The notes below the pieces were generated by a model, which had not been told where the DNA came from, did no database searches, and saw only the letters and a list, made by a program, of their open reading frames with translations. A DNA stretch of 63,610 nucleotides, the filler included, from Piptocephalis cylindrospora (taxonomy: Eukaryota): assembly GCA_003614145.1 (NCBI GenBank). It is 3 parts of 3 records of this genome, joined end to end, with 100 filler letters (N's around TTAATTAATTAA, not from the genome) between each part and the next. Parts side by side here need not be neighbours in the genome. Positions count along the whole stretch, not along the records: positions 42,557 to 63,610 come from KZ987810.1; 2 more parts are not named here. One strand, written 5' to 3'. Numbering within the stretch: the stretch's first letter is position 1; every line of letters begins with the position of its first letter. Of the stretch, positions 46,673-58,027 are shown in pieces. The translations under genes were made by a program, and so were the position numbers.

Positions 46673-49656
46673 CTACCCAAGAACTTTGGCTTGACGGTCC
46701 TTAATGAACTGAACAACCATGTCTATCTCCTGCTTGACCCGAGGATTCCACTCGCCACGACCATCAATTTCCGGGCCCATAAACACGATCGTCTCCAAGG
46801 TAACCAACATTCCTCCAATAACCCTCCAGAACTGAATGAAATAGGACAGATGAGTGTTAGACCCATGGTCTTTCCATCCTCTGCATTAAATACATGACTT
46901 ACCCGTCGGCACATCTCGCGGAACCATCCACGAAGCGTGACCCACACCCTGTCGGATTCGGTGTTTTGACCGGAATGTGCAAGGTGAGATTGCATACGGG
47001 TGAGAAAGAGACGGAGAGAGGGGATGAAAAAGTCCTTGATCTCTTTCTCTGCCCATTCTTTCCCTTCCACTGCCTCACGGACAGCCGTATGCAGCTCTAC
47101 CTGACCGGAAGTCATGGGAATGTCCTCTTCCTGCGCCTCAGTCCCATTGAGCTCTGCGGCCCTTCGGAGCCCATCCTGTTTCAGGGCCTCCTCGGCGTCA
47201 ATTCGGGCTCGGGTATAGCGAGAGACACGAGCAACAGCACGGTCCAAGAGAGAATCCACCACCTCCCAAGGGTAGTAATAGGCGTAGACATTGACACCAG
47301 TTTCAGGGTCCTGGCTACCATCCTGACCCAAAACCCAGTCAATAACCTCCTTGGCTCCAATGACCCGGTATGTAACCATTTTGTCCAGGACGATTCGGAG
47401 GAATCCACCATGCCCACCCCAGTATCGGACCGTCAGGTCGACAAGGCCCTTACCTGCATCGCCATCCTCTCTGACCCCAAGATCACGCAGGAGAGGTAGG
47501 TAGCGTTCGAGGGCGCCGAGCATATGGCTGGTACTCTTGATGCCATGCTCGAGAATGCACTCAAAGAGGGCATCACGGGCCTGGATGCGTCTGTGCCGTG
47601 TCTCCTCCTCCTGGGCCATACCATCCTCTAGTTCGGGCGATTCGGGATGGATGAACGCCTTGACTTGCTTCTCCACCACAAGCAGATCCTTGCGGAGCCT
47701 GAGACCCTCCCGTAAGGACTGGACAAGACCAGGGATACTGGTTGGGTCCGAAGATCCCTCTGGGGAGGAGGGGGAGGCGGTGAGGATAGGACGGGAGGTA
47801 ATATCGGCGGGGATGAGGCGCTCGGGGCCCTGGCCCACCCAGTCCTCGGGTAAAGTACTCTTGATCCGGTCATGGTAGGAAAGCCATGTCATCCGAAGGA
47901 TGGCTTCACGGATAAAGGTCTTTTGAGATTCGCGAACACTTTCAAGGGAAGCGTCTCTGTTATCCTCATCCTCCCCCTCCTCCTTGGCCGTCTTTAACTG
48001 ATCGGCCCAAGTAGTCCAGTTCCAGTAGAACGTGTGATTGGAAAGATGATGAGAAAAGGCCTCGGCCAGTCTCCGGGAGCATTCGAGGTCCATGGATCCA
48101 AGACGGGAAAAGAGGGAACGAATGGCCTTGCCATACACCAAGGGGAATCGGGTCTGGGGGCGCATAAGATCAGAGGTGAGGGTTGAGTAGGCAACAACGT
48201 GTCTGCTTGGGATGCTGGGGAGGGAGAGGAGACGGGCGAAGACGACCTGGAGGATGAGGGCTTCGAGCCTCCAGGCCTTCCCATCACCTTCTTCACTCTC
48301 ATCCTCATCCAAGGGATCTCTACCAAGAGGAATCTGGAGGGGACGGAAGGTTCCACTGACACATTGTTCTGGAAGAGTGACAAGAAGACGAAGGCCCTCC
48401 CGACGGTTGCACTCATACAGATCAATGGTGTCGCCGACGATATCATGGAGGACCCACCATTCCACAGATTTCGGGGAAGGTAGAGTGGTTGAGATGGCTT
48501 TTGCAGGAAGGGATGCGTCAGCACCGATGGAGGCATCCTCCATCCGATCGCTCTCCTCCTCTGGAGAAAATAGGATAAACTGAGTAAACGGGAGGGGGTA
48601 GAAAGGGGTGAGGGAGGAAATAGGACTGTCGGGGAGGGAGATTAGGCGATTACTCTCCTCCTGATCCCCCCAATTGACCGGAGTGGCCTTGGTCAGGGTG
48701 GCGTCAAAGTAGACATGAGGCTGGAGGAGGATACTCACGGAACTCTGGGTAGAGGAGGCAGGCTTGGAGGAATTATCCAGGTCAGTCATGGTGGACTCCT
48801 CCTCCTTCCTTTCTTCCTTCTGAATCATGGCCTGCACCGCCTCATACCACCCTTGGATGCCCTCAACCACGGGGTAGGGCGGCTCCAAAGATGAGGAGGA
48901 ATCTTGGGTGGGGGGATAGGGAGTGAGGAGAGGGAGAGAACGGGCAATGGGCTGATCAGAGCCTTCAACCCGACGGATCATCCAATGGGAGATGACAGTG
49001 AAGATTAGCCCATCAGTCGAGAGGAGGGGCTGGCCCCCGTAGGGAAGGACCTGGAGAAGGGTGAGGGCCAAGGCATCACCTCTGTCCCGAAGAAGAGCCG
49101 TGGAAGGGGAAATGGACTGAAGTTCCTGTACAAAAGGCTGTACCAAGGCGTGGAAGGAAGAAAGGGTCAGGGAGTTGGTGAGGGTGGATTGGGCGTAGAA
49201 GCGGAGGAGGAGCTTGGTGGCCCGCCAGTCCCCCGAGGTCAGGGAAGACTGCAGGAGGGAAAGACATTCACCCTTCAGGAGGGTCTCGCCCACTCGAGGG
49301 ACCCGAGCATTGATAAGGGCAGCCAGAGTGGCATACATGGGGGTCTTCATAGGGAATTCGACAATGCATCGGGCAAAAACCTGACGGATGTGAGGACCCG
49401 AAGAACCATCCAGATCAGCCAAGAGGATGTCGACCAGAGCTGTCATTTGGTCGGTGAAGACGGAGGGATCAGCCGAGTCGACGCGATCACCCACTTTCAT
49501 GAGCAAAGCAGTGAGTCGAGACTCGAGGTCCGAGGTACCATAGGCGGCTGAACGTTGGTGACCATTACTGTGGCCCTGGCCTCTACTATTGTATCTTCTA
49601 CCTCCAGCCTTTGGGTGCTGGGACGTGAAGGAGGGGTGGCGATGGTAGGAGGACAT
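46673..49656 (-). CDS. CBP80: Nuclear cap-binding complex large subunit CBP80/NCBP1
   Basis: LLMKVGD, EFPMKTPMYATL, KLLLRF, FSHHLSNHTFYWNW, WLSYHDRIKSTLP, GIKSTSH and LDKMVTYRVI. One 3' intron about 46823-46902. Confidence 0.9.
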
Positions 49657-50890
49657 GATGTTGAAGAGGATGAGAGGTTAGGGAGAAGTGAGGAAAGAGG
49701 AGAAAGAATGACCAGTGTGGATGGGGTTGTATTATCACACTTGATATCCTGGACTGGAAGGGGGGGAGGATCAGCGTGTAAGAGACAAAAGCTGAGAAGA
49801 GAAGCAAGGCACTGGGCGCGAAGTAGAGGCAGAAATTGTGTGGATTGATTTGCATTATCTGCATAGCCAGAGGGACGGGATCGAAAGTACGTGTAAATAT
49901 TCGATAATTCCACATTGCTTTTTTCCGTTAGGGTTACCACCTTAGCCTTGTTGCCCCCCAATACATTTCGTTGTTTACCGCCTTACAGTCTTATTGTTTA
50001 CGATGTTAATTTCTGGTTACGGTATTTTTTACAATGAGGATGAAGTGATGACGGTGGAGGGAAGCAGATAAGAATCATAATCCGTGGTTAACAGGAACAT
50101 GAGTTTGTATAGACTTGAACCCCATTATAAATAGAGAAAGGGATAGACCTTGGGATCGACACAGCATCAGCTGTATTCTTGTTGGACTCTGCTCATCTTT
50201 CCCAGAGGAGCATTTATTGCACTGGATATTTTTTAAACATACACCTTATACCACGCAGATTGTCGTAGGAGTGCCAGCGCAAGAAATAACACACAACACA
50301 ATACGCTACGCCGAACGGCACTGGAATTACAACTTTCAGTTGTACCAGGCTGAGGAGATGGGGCAAGGTAAACGGGGGGACGCAGAATATGGGATTGAGC
50401 CCACGTCTACTCACTCCATCAGTCAGTGGTCTATACAACTAGGCCAACGCCTCCACTCTCGTATCTCCGTGAGCTGTCCAGTCCGTGAAAATCAGCTGAA
50501 AACACGCGTGAATTTTCACTTTCTATGTCTAGCCTGGCAGCGGAGTTGTCCTTGAGATTTAACAAGTCAATGAGTAAGGGAGCCCCAGACTCATCCCTCA
50601 CCATCCCAAAACCTCCACATCCACACTGGCGCACTCAGATCAAGGTCATCCCGCCCACTCAAAGGACACACTCATCCTGTAGCACTCACCACACTCCTTT
50701 CTTTCCTCCTTCTCTACTTGAAGCTTCCCTTGCCTTTGTCCTTGACCTGTTCTCACTTTCCTCCCTGCCTGCTCTCTCTTTTTCCCCCTCTGAACGACAT
50801 CCAGCTCACCTTGTCCTTCCTGCGCCCTTTCTTTTCCCTTCCCCAGCTTCATCCCATCCCCCCAGGAACTCCTCGTCTTCACCGCTCAAG

Positions 50891-51298
50891 ATGCGCCTTC
50901 ATCTCCTAACGACCCTCCCTCTTCTCCTCGTCCTCCTACTTGCTCTATCCTCGGCTACGATGGGCCAGCAGGTAGCGAACGATCCCTTGGCGGGTCAACC
51001 ACCACAACAACCCGGGGCCGCTGCTCCCGCCGCAACTCAGAGTATTGTGCCCGCCGCAACCCAAGGCGCTGCTCAGGCCTCCCAGACCGTCCTCTCTTCC
51101 CAGGGTGCCAGCGCCTCAGCCAATGGCACCACCCCCGGATCTGGCAAGAATCAGGATGGGGAGACGTACTGGACCGTCGGAATCATTACTACCCTCGGCA
51201 TCTCCATCCTCCTCATCTCCATTGTCCTCCAGGGAGTCAGTTGGCTGAGCAGCATTGGGGTCAATGTTCCCATTACCCCCAAGCAGAAGAAGGCTTAG
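50891..51298 (+). CDS. Small type I membrane protein (signal peptide, Q/A/S/T-rich ectodomain, one TM helix)
   Basis: MRLHLLTTLPLLLVLLLALSSA and TM segment WTVGIITTLGISILLISIVLQGV. C-terminal KQKKA. Confidence 0.7.
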   Translation: MRLHLLTTLPLLLVLLLALSSATMGQQVANDPLAGQPPQQPGAAAPAATQSIVPAATQGAAQASQTVLSSQGASASANGTTPGSGKNQDGETYWTVGIITTLGISILLISIVLQGVSWLSSIGVNVPITPKQKKA

Positions 51299-51841
51299 AG
51301 AACATTGTGTGTTTGGATGTGGATGGTTATCGTTCCCTTTGGAGAGTATACCCTTTTTTTTCTCTTTCTTGATCTATGCTGTCTGATGGTTAGACATGTC
51401 GAGGGGTGACGGAAGGAATGAAATTGCCAAGGTGGGCCGATAAGCGTGAAGCTACCATTGTACACTCTCTGTGTACATATCCCGTTCATGCCCTTCGTCC
51501 CGTAGAACGTACCCTACGACCCAATACACCTAGTCGCTTCGTCTTCATCATCTTACTGGGAGGACATATTGGCCTTCAAGATGAAAAGTCGCCCACTATT
51601 CCTGCCATGTCCTCTGTGTATTCTCTTTATGTATCGTGCATTAGGTTAGATAGAAACGGAGCTGCAAGGGTCCAGACGCGTGCCTCGGCTGTCCCCACCG
51701 CCACCCGACTCCGTCCCTCCACCCGACAGGATAATGGGCCACACACGTCCCTCTTGAACGCGTGCCTTATATCACGCGCCATCTCAACTGTATGTTGTGA
51801 TTCTTGCCCTTTCTCACTTTCTCCCCCATCCTCCGTTCATC

Positions 51842-52771
51842 ATGACCACACCTACCCCCTTCTCGCAAGTCTCTCCGCTTGCACCAAGCACCCCGAAAAG
51901 GCCAGAAGAGGAAGGCAAGGTGCCTGATGCGTCCCCAGCCCCGAACGAAAAATCATCGGATAAAGGCAAGGACGATGCAAGCGGGGGTCATCCCGTGCCC
52001 TACCGAAGTGGTGCATTAAATAGTGTGGGGGAGGAGGTAGAGAGAGCCAGTTTTGTCCCAGAGCTGACGCCCCGAGTAGTGGAAACGGTACTCCAAGTGA
52101 ATTCGGAGCTCATTCGCGTGTGCATTGACTATCAGAACCGGGGATGGATCAACGATCCGGACTTGGCCATCTTCCAGGCCCGTCTTCAGTCTAACCTCAC
52201 TTATTTGGCCGCCGTAGCCGACCATTACATCAAACCCACAGGGCCCCCAGGAGAGACTCTAGCCCCAGAACCACCTCAACTCCCCCCACTCCCTGAAGAT
52301 ACGGATATGCCGACACCCAAAGTACCCTCGCACCTCAAGGAAGCCCTGGCGCAATTTGCGATCCATCGTCAGGCCATGCTCGCAGCTGATGCTGCTAGAC
52401 TGAATGATGCCTCCAGGGCCGCTCGGACCTCCCTGCGCGCCACCATGATCGCCGTACCTCCCCACGATACCCCAGAGGAGCGAAGAGAAGCCAGGGCTGC
52501 GGCCGTTGGGTCCCGTGTCTGGGATACTCGGCCTGCTGATCCACAGGATGAGTGGAGACCGGCTCCCACTTTCTTCTCCCCCCGGGGAGTTGAGATCCCT
52601 GGGGTCCCCCCCCCGCCTCCACGGGGTCATGTCCCCGGGGTTCCTCCCGAGGCTGTCCTGCGGCAATGGCAGTTGCAAGAGCAGCAAATGTTATATCGGA
52701 AGCAGCATAAAAAACCCTCTGGTGGTGCGACCACTTCCAAGATGGTCAAAGAAGGATCAGGGAAGGATTGA
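51842..52771 (+). CDS. SSXT/SNH-domain protein (SS18/GIF/Snf11-like SWI/SNF subunit)
   Basis: LQVNSELIRVCIDYQNRG...FQARLQSNLTYLAAVAD matches the SS18 N-terminal domain pattern. Confidence 0.8.
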   Translation: MTTPTPFSQVSPLAPSTPKRPEEEGKVPDASPAPNEKSSDKGKDDASGGHPVPYRSGALNSVGEEVERASFVPELTPRVVETVLQVNSELIRVCIDYQNRGWINDPDLAIFQARLQSNLTYLAAVADHYIKPTGPPGETLAPEPPQLPPLPEDTDMPTPKVPSHLKEALAQFAIHRQAMLAADAARLNDASRAARTSLRATMIAVPPHDTPEERREARAAAVGSRVWDTRPADPQDEWRPAPTFFSPRGVEIPGVPPPPPRGHVPGVPPEAVLRQWQLQEQQMLYRKQHKKPSGGATTSKMVKEGSGKD

Positions 52772-53266
52772 TGATGGGCGAGGACGAGGATGATGGAAAT
52801 AGAATTAAATCTATAAATCGGTTTGTGATGCTTGTATTAGGTGGGCCCCTGATGGTTTGGAGCGCGCCCAAGGTCATAATAAGGAAAGAGAAAAGGGAGG
52901 GTCATGGACATGTAGGATCCACATTCAAAGCCTTTTTATACTTCAGGATCCATCGATATGTATGATTCATCTCCTGCTATACCCCTCACTATTGGTGGAT
53001 TGTGGAGATCATCCACTCGGTATATGGTGGTCTCTAACCGGTCATTCAGTCACCCTCGCTTGTTCAAACTCCTCCGCCCCTGATAAACTGTATCCCACGT
53101 TTGTTGACAGTTCTACATATATCATCACCTTTATCGTGACGCGTACAACCTTTTTAATACATCCATCCATCCATCCATCCATCCATCCATCTTTGACCTA
53201 TTCATCCATCCGTCTTCCTTCTTTGATCTTTCCATCCATCGTCTCTATACTCGGTAAAAAGCAAGC

Positions 53267-54124
53267 ATGTCCAACAGACCATATATCTCCAGGTCGCCGT
53301 CACCTGAGCCCATGAGACCACGACCTCCCATGGAGCCGTCCTCCCACAGAACCTTTGCGGATCCTCGATCGAGATCGCCAGCTAGACCCTTTCCGGGTAG
53401 GAGAAGAGATGGGGGACATGGTCGCAGGGCTTCTTATTCCAGATCTAGATCCCGATCCTACTCCAGATCTCCTCCCCGCGGGAGATCTCCCCCTGGTGGG
53501 CCTCCTTACCGATCCAGGGGCAGAACCCTTTCCCGATCCTACTCGCCTTACTCTCGATCTAGGTCTCCATCCTACTCTCGCTCCCGGTCCCCATCTCCTC
53601 CACCTCCACAACGCACTCTTCTGGTTCAACACCTCACTCGAAACGTCACTGAAGCCCATCTCCACGAGATCTTTGGAGTATATGGGACATTGGAACGGGT
53701 ATTTGTGCCCAAGGACCGCCGATCGGGCATGCATCGGGGAGAAGCCATCCTGGATTACGCAGAGGTAGCCGAGGCGGAAAAGGCCATTGCCCATATGCAT
53801 GAGGGTCAATTGGATGGAGAGGTTTTGGCTGTATCTATTCTTCCCCCTCCTCCTCCCAGGTATTTGGGTCGTGGTAGACGACCATCTCCTGGCCCCGCCT
53901 TTGATCGTCGTCGTCGTCCCCCTTTTCACCCGTCTTATGGTCCTCGGGATCGGTCATACTCTCCTGATCGACCCCACTCTCGTGATGGCCGATCCTTCTC
54001 TCCCTCTGGTCGATCCTATCCTCGGAATGGACCCTACTCCCGTGGTCGGTCCTACTCTCGTGGTTCCCCATCTCCTGGTCCACGACGTAGTTTGAGCCCT
54101 AGGGCACCTCGACCCGGCTTTTGA
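53267..54124 (+). CDS. RNPS1: RNPS1-like SR-rich RRM protein
   Basis: LTRNVTEAHLHEIFGVYG and AEKAIAHMHEGQLDG, flanked by RS/RP-rich regions. Confidence 0.85.
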   Translation: MSNRPYISRSPSPEPMRPRPPMEPSSHRTFADPRSRSPARPFPGRRRDGGHGRRASYSRSRSRSYSRSPPRGRSPPGGPPYRSRGRTLSRSYSPYSRSRSPSYSRSRSPSPPPPQRTLLVQHLTRNVTEAHLHEIFGVYGTLERVFVPKDRRSGMHRGEAILDYAEVAEAEKAIAHMHEGQLDGEVLAVSILPPPPPRYLGRGRRPSPGPAFDRRRRPPFHPSYGPRDRSYSPDRPHSRDGRSFSPSGRSYPRNGPYSRGRSYSRGSPSPGPRRSLSPRAPRPGF

Positions 54125-54304
54125 TCCTCACTGTATACGGTATAGACGTGGAGGAGAAAGATGATACCACACGCTCGCACAGCCCCATGGATAATACACA
54201 CATCGTGGTACGATTCCTGTACCCTATATCTTTCATAAACAGTACATACATTCTCCTTCAAATGTCTCTCACACACACATCCCCGTAGACAGCTTCTGTA
54301 AGCA

Positions 54305-56781
54305 TTAAAATGTACACTTGTGGCCACATCCAGTTGGACACTCTTGTTGTCCTGCTTGATTGAACCAGTGATGCATATGCTCTAGATGACCGCCATGGGA
54401 ACAGCCTTGACACCAGACATAGAGGCCTTTGACGGTCTGGTGACAAATGGAGCAGGGATTAAGGAGCTTACGGCACCGTTCACACATCCAGTACCCGCCC
54501 CCGGCATTGGCAATAGGCTTAAAACAGTGATTGCATGTAGTGTAAATGGTGGTCTCCACATGCGTCTGCTCCCGAATCCGACGGATCTGGCAGGCCGAGG
54601 TGACGGCTGTAGCCACGCTCCAAAGACGGAATCGGCGGAGGAGGTCAATGTACCCGGAGATCCATTCCTCGGCGTACGTAGGAGCCCGGATTATTCTTCC
54701 CTCCAGGAGGAGAAGGAGCGTAGTGCACATTTGAACATTACCCTGCTCGGCATAGTAGGTCAGGACCTCATGTAGAAATCCCTCCCTTTCCTCTCGCTCT
54801 TCCACTTCCAACATGTCCTCTTCCTTTTCCTTCTCTTCAATGCTTCCCTGGCCCTTCTCCTTTTCGGTATCCTTCTCCTCCTCTTCGTTCTCATCTTCTT
54901 CCTCTTCATCATAAAGGCTTTGTATAATCCTCCAAGTCTGGGCCTCTCGGTACTGTCCGACCTTGGTGGCTGCCAAAGCATTGCGTTCACACGCCTCCCC
55001 GATCCCCTGAGTCACCTGATGGTGACCTTCCATGGGAAAATGGGGCTGGGGGACGGATCGGGGTCGGACCTGGTAGGTATAAGCAAGATGTCGAAAAATA
55101 CTTTCATCAAACAAACCCATGTCCGCCACTCCTACTTGTTGTGCAATCCCCTGAGGCTGCTCCTGAAGACCATAAAATCTTTCCACGGGTGTTGCCCTTG
55201 GATGCAATGTCTTCCTCCCCATTCCTGGAAGGGTTGCCTTTTTACTTGGGGGCAGCGGTGGAGGTGGAGTAGGGGAGGTCATTCGATAGCTAATAGATGG
55301 TAGAGAATTCTGGGAGTTTAGATGGCGTTTCCCAGTTACCCTCCCTTCTCAGTCCCCCTTCCCAGCGCCCTCCTCTCAGAGTCCATACCTCTCAAAAGCC
55401 AAGGACTTCTCTCCAATGGCAAAGGCTACATCGCCTTGGGCATTAAAGGCAGCACACGTCGTATTCAACCAGTCCAGAGGACGGGAGAATTGGCCAGGAA
55501 AATCCCGCTCACTAATCCAAAAGCACTTGTCCCTCCCACAAGACCAGAGACTATTGGGTCCACGCCATATGAAGCAGGTAGTGGGAGCAGTATGTTGATC
55601 AATCGTGTACTTGGGGATAAATGGTCTCATCGTGTCCCAGACATGGATGCGAAGATCGGATTGCAGGGCACACGAGGCCAACTCATCCTCCCTCCCCGGT
55701 CTCCACCGGACCCTGACCACGGATTGAGCCGTCTGGATCTCCCTGGAGGCTTTTGGAGCATGCCCCACACTCTCATGGACATCCCATACCTTGATCAGCC
55801 GATCCTTACCTCCGGTCGCAATCATCTGGCCGTTGCTATGCCAATCAAGGGTCAGAGCTGCCTTGTAATGGGCGGCAATTTTTTTGAAAAAAGTTCGAGG
55901 TTTACGTAGATCCCAAAGCTGGACACATCCATCCTCGTAAGCAGCGGAGAAAGTATGTAGGGAGGAAGGAGAGAACTGAACATCCCGTACACTCTCGGAC
56001 TTTCCATCCATGGTGAGCCGGGCTGACTTTCCTCGGCCATCTCGGAGATCCCATAACTTCACAGTTCCATCCAACGATGCACTCAGAAGAATGGCTGGGG
56101 AAGGGGAGGAGGGAGAGTTTGTGATGGAGGAAGCGGAGGCAGATGCGGAAGATGAAGCCCCCATCCCATCCCCATCTCCATTTTCGTCAGTTCCAGGTAA
56201 GGAGGAAGAGGAAAGGGGAGGGCCCTCTCCACTACCGCCCTTGCCCGGACGAATACCACAGGAAAGAGTGGCTAGCCGGCTTACTGCGCGGGAGTGCCCT
56301 TGCATCACCGCCTCCACCAGACGCTGCGAAGGACGATTCAAATCCCAAAGCACAATGGCTCCATTCGTCGCCGCTGTGACTACCCTTTGATCTGTGACTG
56401 GGATGCGGATGGAGGGGGGGGGGGATCAGTGGGCAGCATACACTGATCCACGCTAGCCTAGCTCTACCACCTACCCCAAACCACATCATTGGAAGCGTAG
56501 TTCAGGTTTGATCGACTACCACTACGCAGGTTGAGTCTCTCAGTAATCTTAGACTCCCCCACCCTGAGAATCTTGAGTACTATGAGTGAGAGCATGAGTT
56601 GGTCTCCTGGGCAAGAGGGATCCTCCAAACCCGCTTGAACCTTACCCTCACGTCCTGCCACAACAACACATTCTCCATTGGGCGAAGGGGATAGCGCGTT
56701 CAATGGGCCGTTCAGTACCCAAGACCGACCGGTTCCATAGGCATCTGTGCTGCTTGAGCTAACAGCACCCACTTCTCTCAT
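54305..56781 (-). CDS. WDR24: GATOR2/SEA complex subunit WDR24 (Sea2/Rtc1), multi-exon
   Basis: VVAGRE|VLKIL, NLNYASNDVVW, SESVRDVQFSP, VRWRP, RPFIP, YYAEQGNVQM and a C-terminal RING WCQGCSHGGH...CPTGCGH. Confidence 0.93.
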
Positions 56782-58027
56782 GATGAAGAGTATGAGAGGG
56801 GGCAAACGGGATGGGGGGAGTAGAAAATGGCAAGTGGAGTGAAAAGGAGTGATGAGGAAAGAAACAACAGGGAGACTGGACATTGTGGGAGCTACCGGCG
56901 CTCTCATATCCCTATATGTGGATGATGGCGCGCGTATGCGTTCAATTGTCTTGCGGTCAGCACATCCCACCGATAGAGATACAGTGCTCTACAAAAGGGT
57001 ATATCCACATGTGACATGGCCGTTGTAGGGTAAATGAATGTTTACTGCTGTCGTTACCAGACTTTAAAAATACGGATGCCGATTTATAGATTATTACATT
57101 TCCACAGATGATAGATAAGCATGATATGGTTTATCTGGCCTGAAACGCAACATCCAAGGCATGCTATGCTACAATGAGGATTATTTTTCTATAGCTGGAT
57201 CAACATTCATGGAGCATTGTATCATCTGTTGGTTAATGTCTTCCAACAGGCTCATCCACGGCTTCAACCCGCTATTACGAGCAAAAGGCGGGAATCAAGG
57301 CTTGATGATATAAAAGGATCATCTCTAGACTGCTTGGTCAATTTCCATCACTTTTCTTACTTTTTTCATATATACCTTTCAATCATAATCTCTATTTTTC
57401 ATAGTTCATCGGTCCTCTTTTCGTGTCAAGACTATCAACGCAACTATATGCACTGGGTCAACCAGCATTTCCCACCGAGATTAACCCTTATGCTTCAGCA
57501 CCCCTTTTCATCGATAACCACCCCTGGCATGATAATGAGGGTACACTTGAATGTACTATACGGATGACCTCATGTCCTAGCCACACTTTCTTCCCTAAAG
57601 CCGGGTACGCTCGCTGGTACTCAAGGCACAAAGAGATATACTTCTCCTTCTTCATCCCATCCACCTTGCATGGGCTGCGCATTTTCAGAGATGAACGACA
57701 TAGATGACATGCAGAGTCATTCTTAAATGCATGATTGGTCCTATAATCTAGCGCTACCCTGAATATATATTTTAACAACAGTAACAACGTACCACATGCT
57801 CACTGTGTTTCCCGCTCACAGCTTTGCAGCGAAAATGAGGGAAGGGCTCGTATGAACACATGGAGGGTGCGAAGTACAGCCCTTGAGAGGGACTGTGGCA
57901 TCCTCTATCTTCCAGTGGTAAAGAACAGCTTTGGTGATCTTTTCTTTCTTCTTTTCTCTTTCTCTCTCTTGCTTTCTTCCCCACAATCCCTCTCTACACA
58001 CATACACCCCTTCACATCAACTTTATC

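Noticed and set aside
49926..49935. TAACCCTAAC on the minus strand, resembling a telomerase RNA template
   Set aside because: It is a single short match in the CBP80 promoter with no supporting pseudoknot seen. A telo-box or chance match is more likely.
53161..53191. (CATC)n, plus (ATCA)n at about 27669-27689 and (GTAT)n at about 62255-62296
   Set aside because: They are ordinary microsatellites in UTR or intergenic DNA.
57217..57787. Overlapping short ORFs upstream of the Nam8-like gene
   Set aside because: They have non-ATG starts in the ORF track and no recognisable homology.
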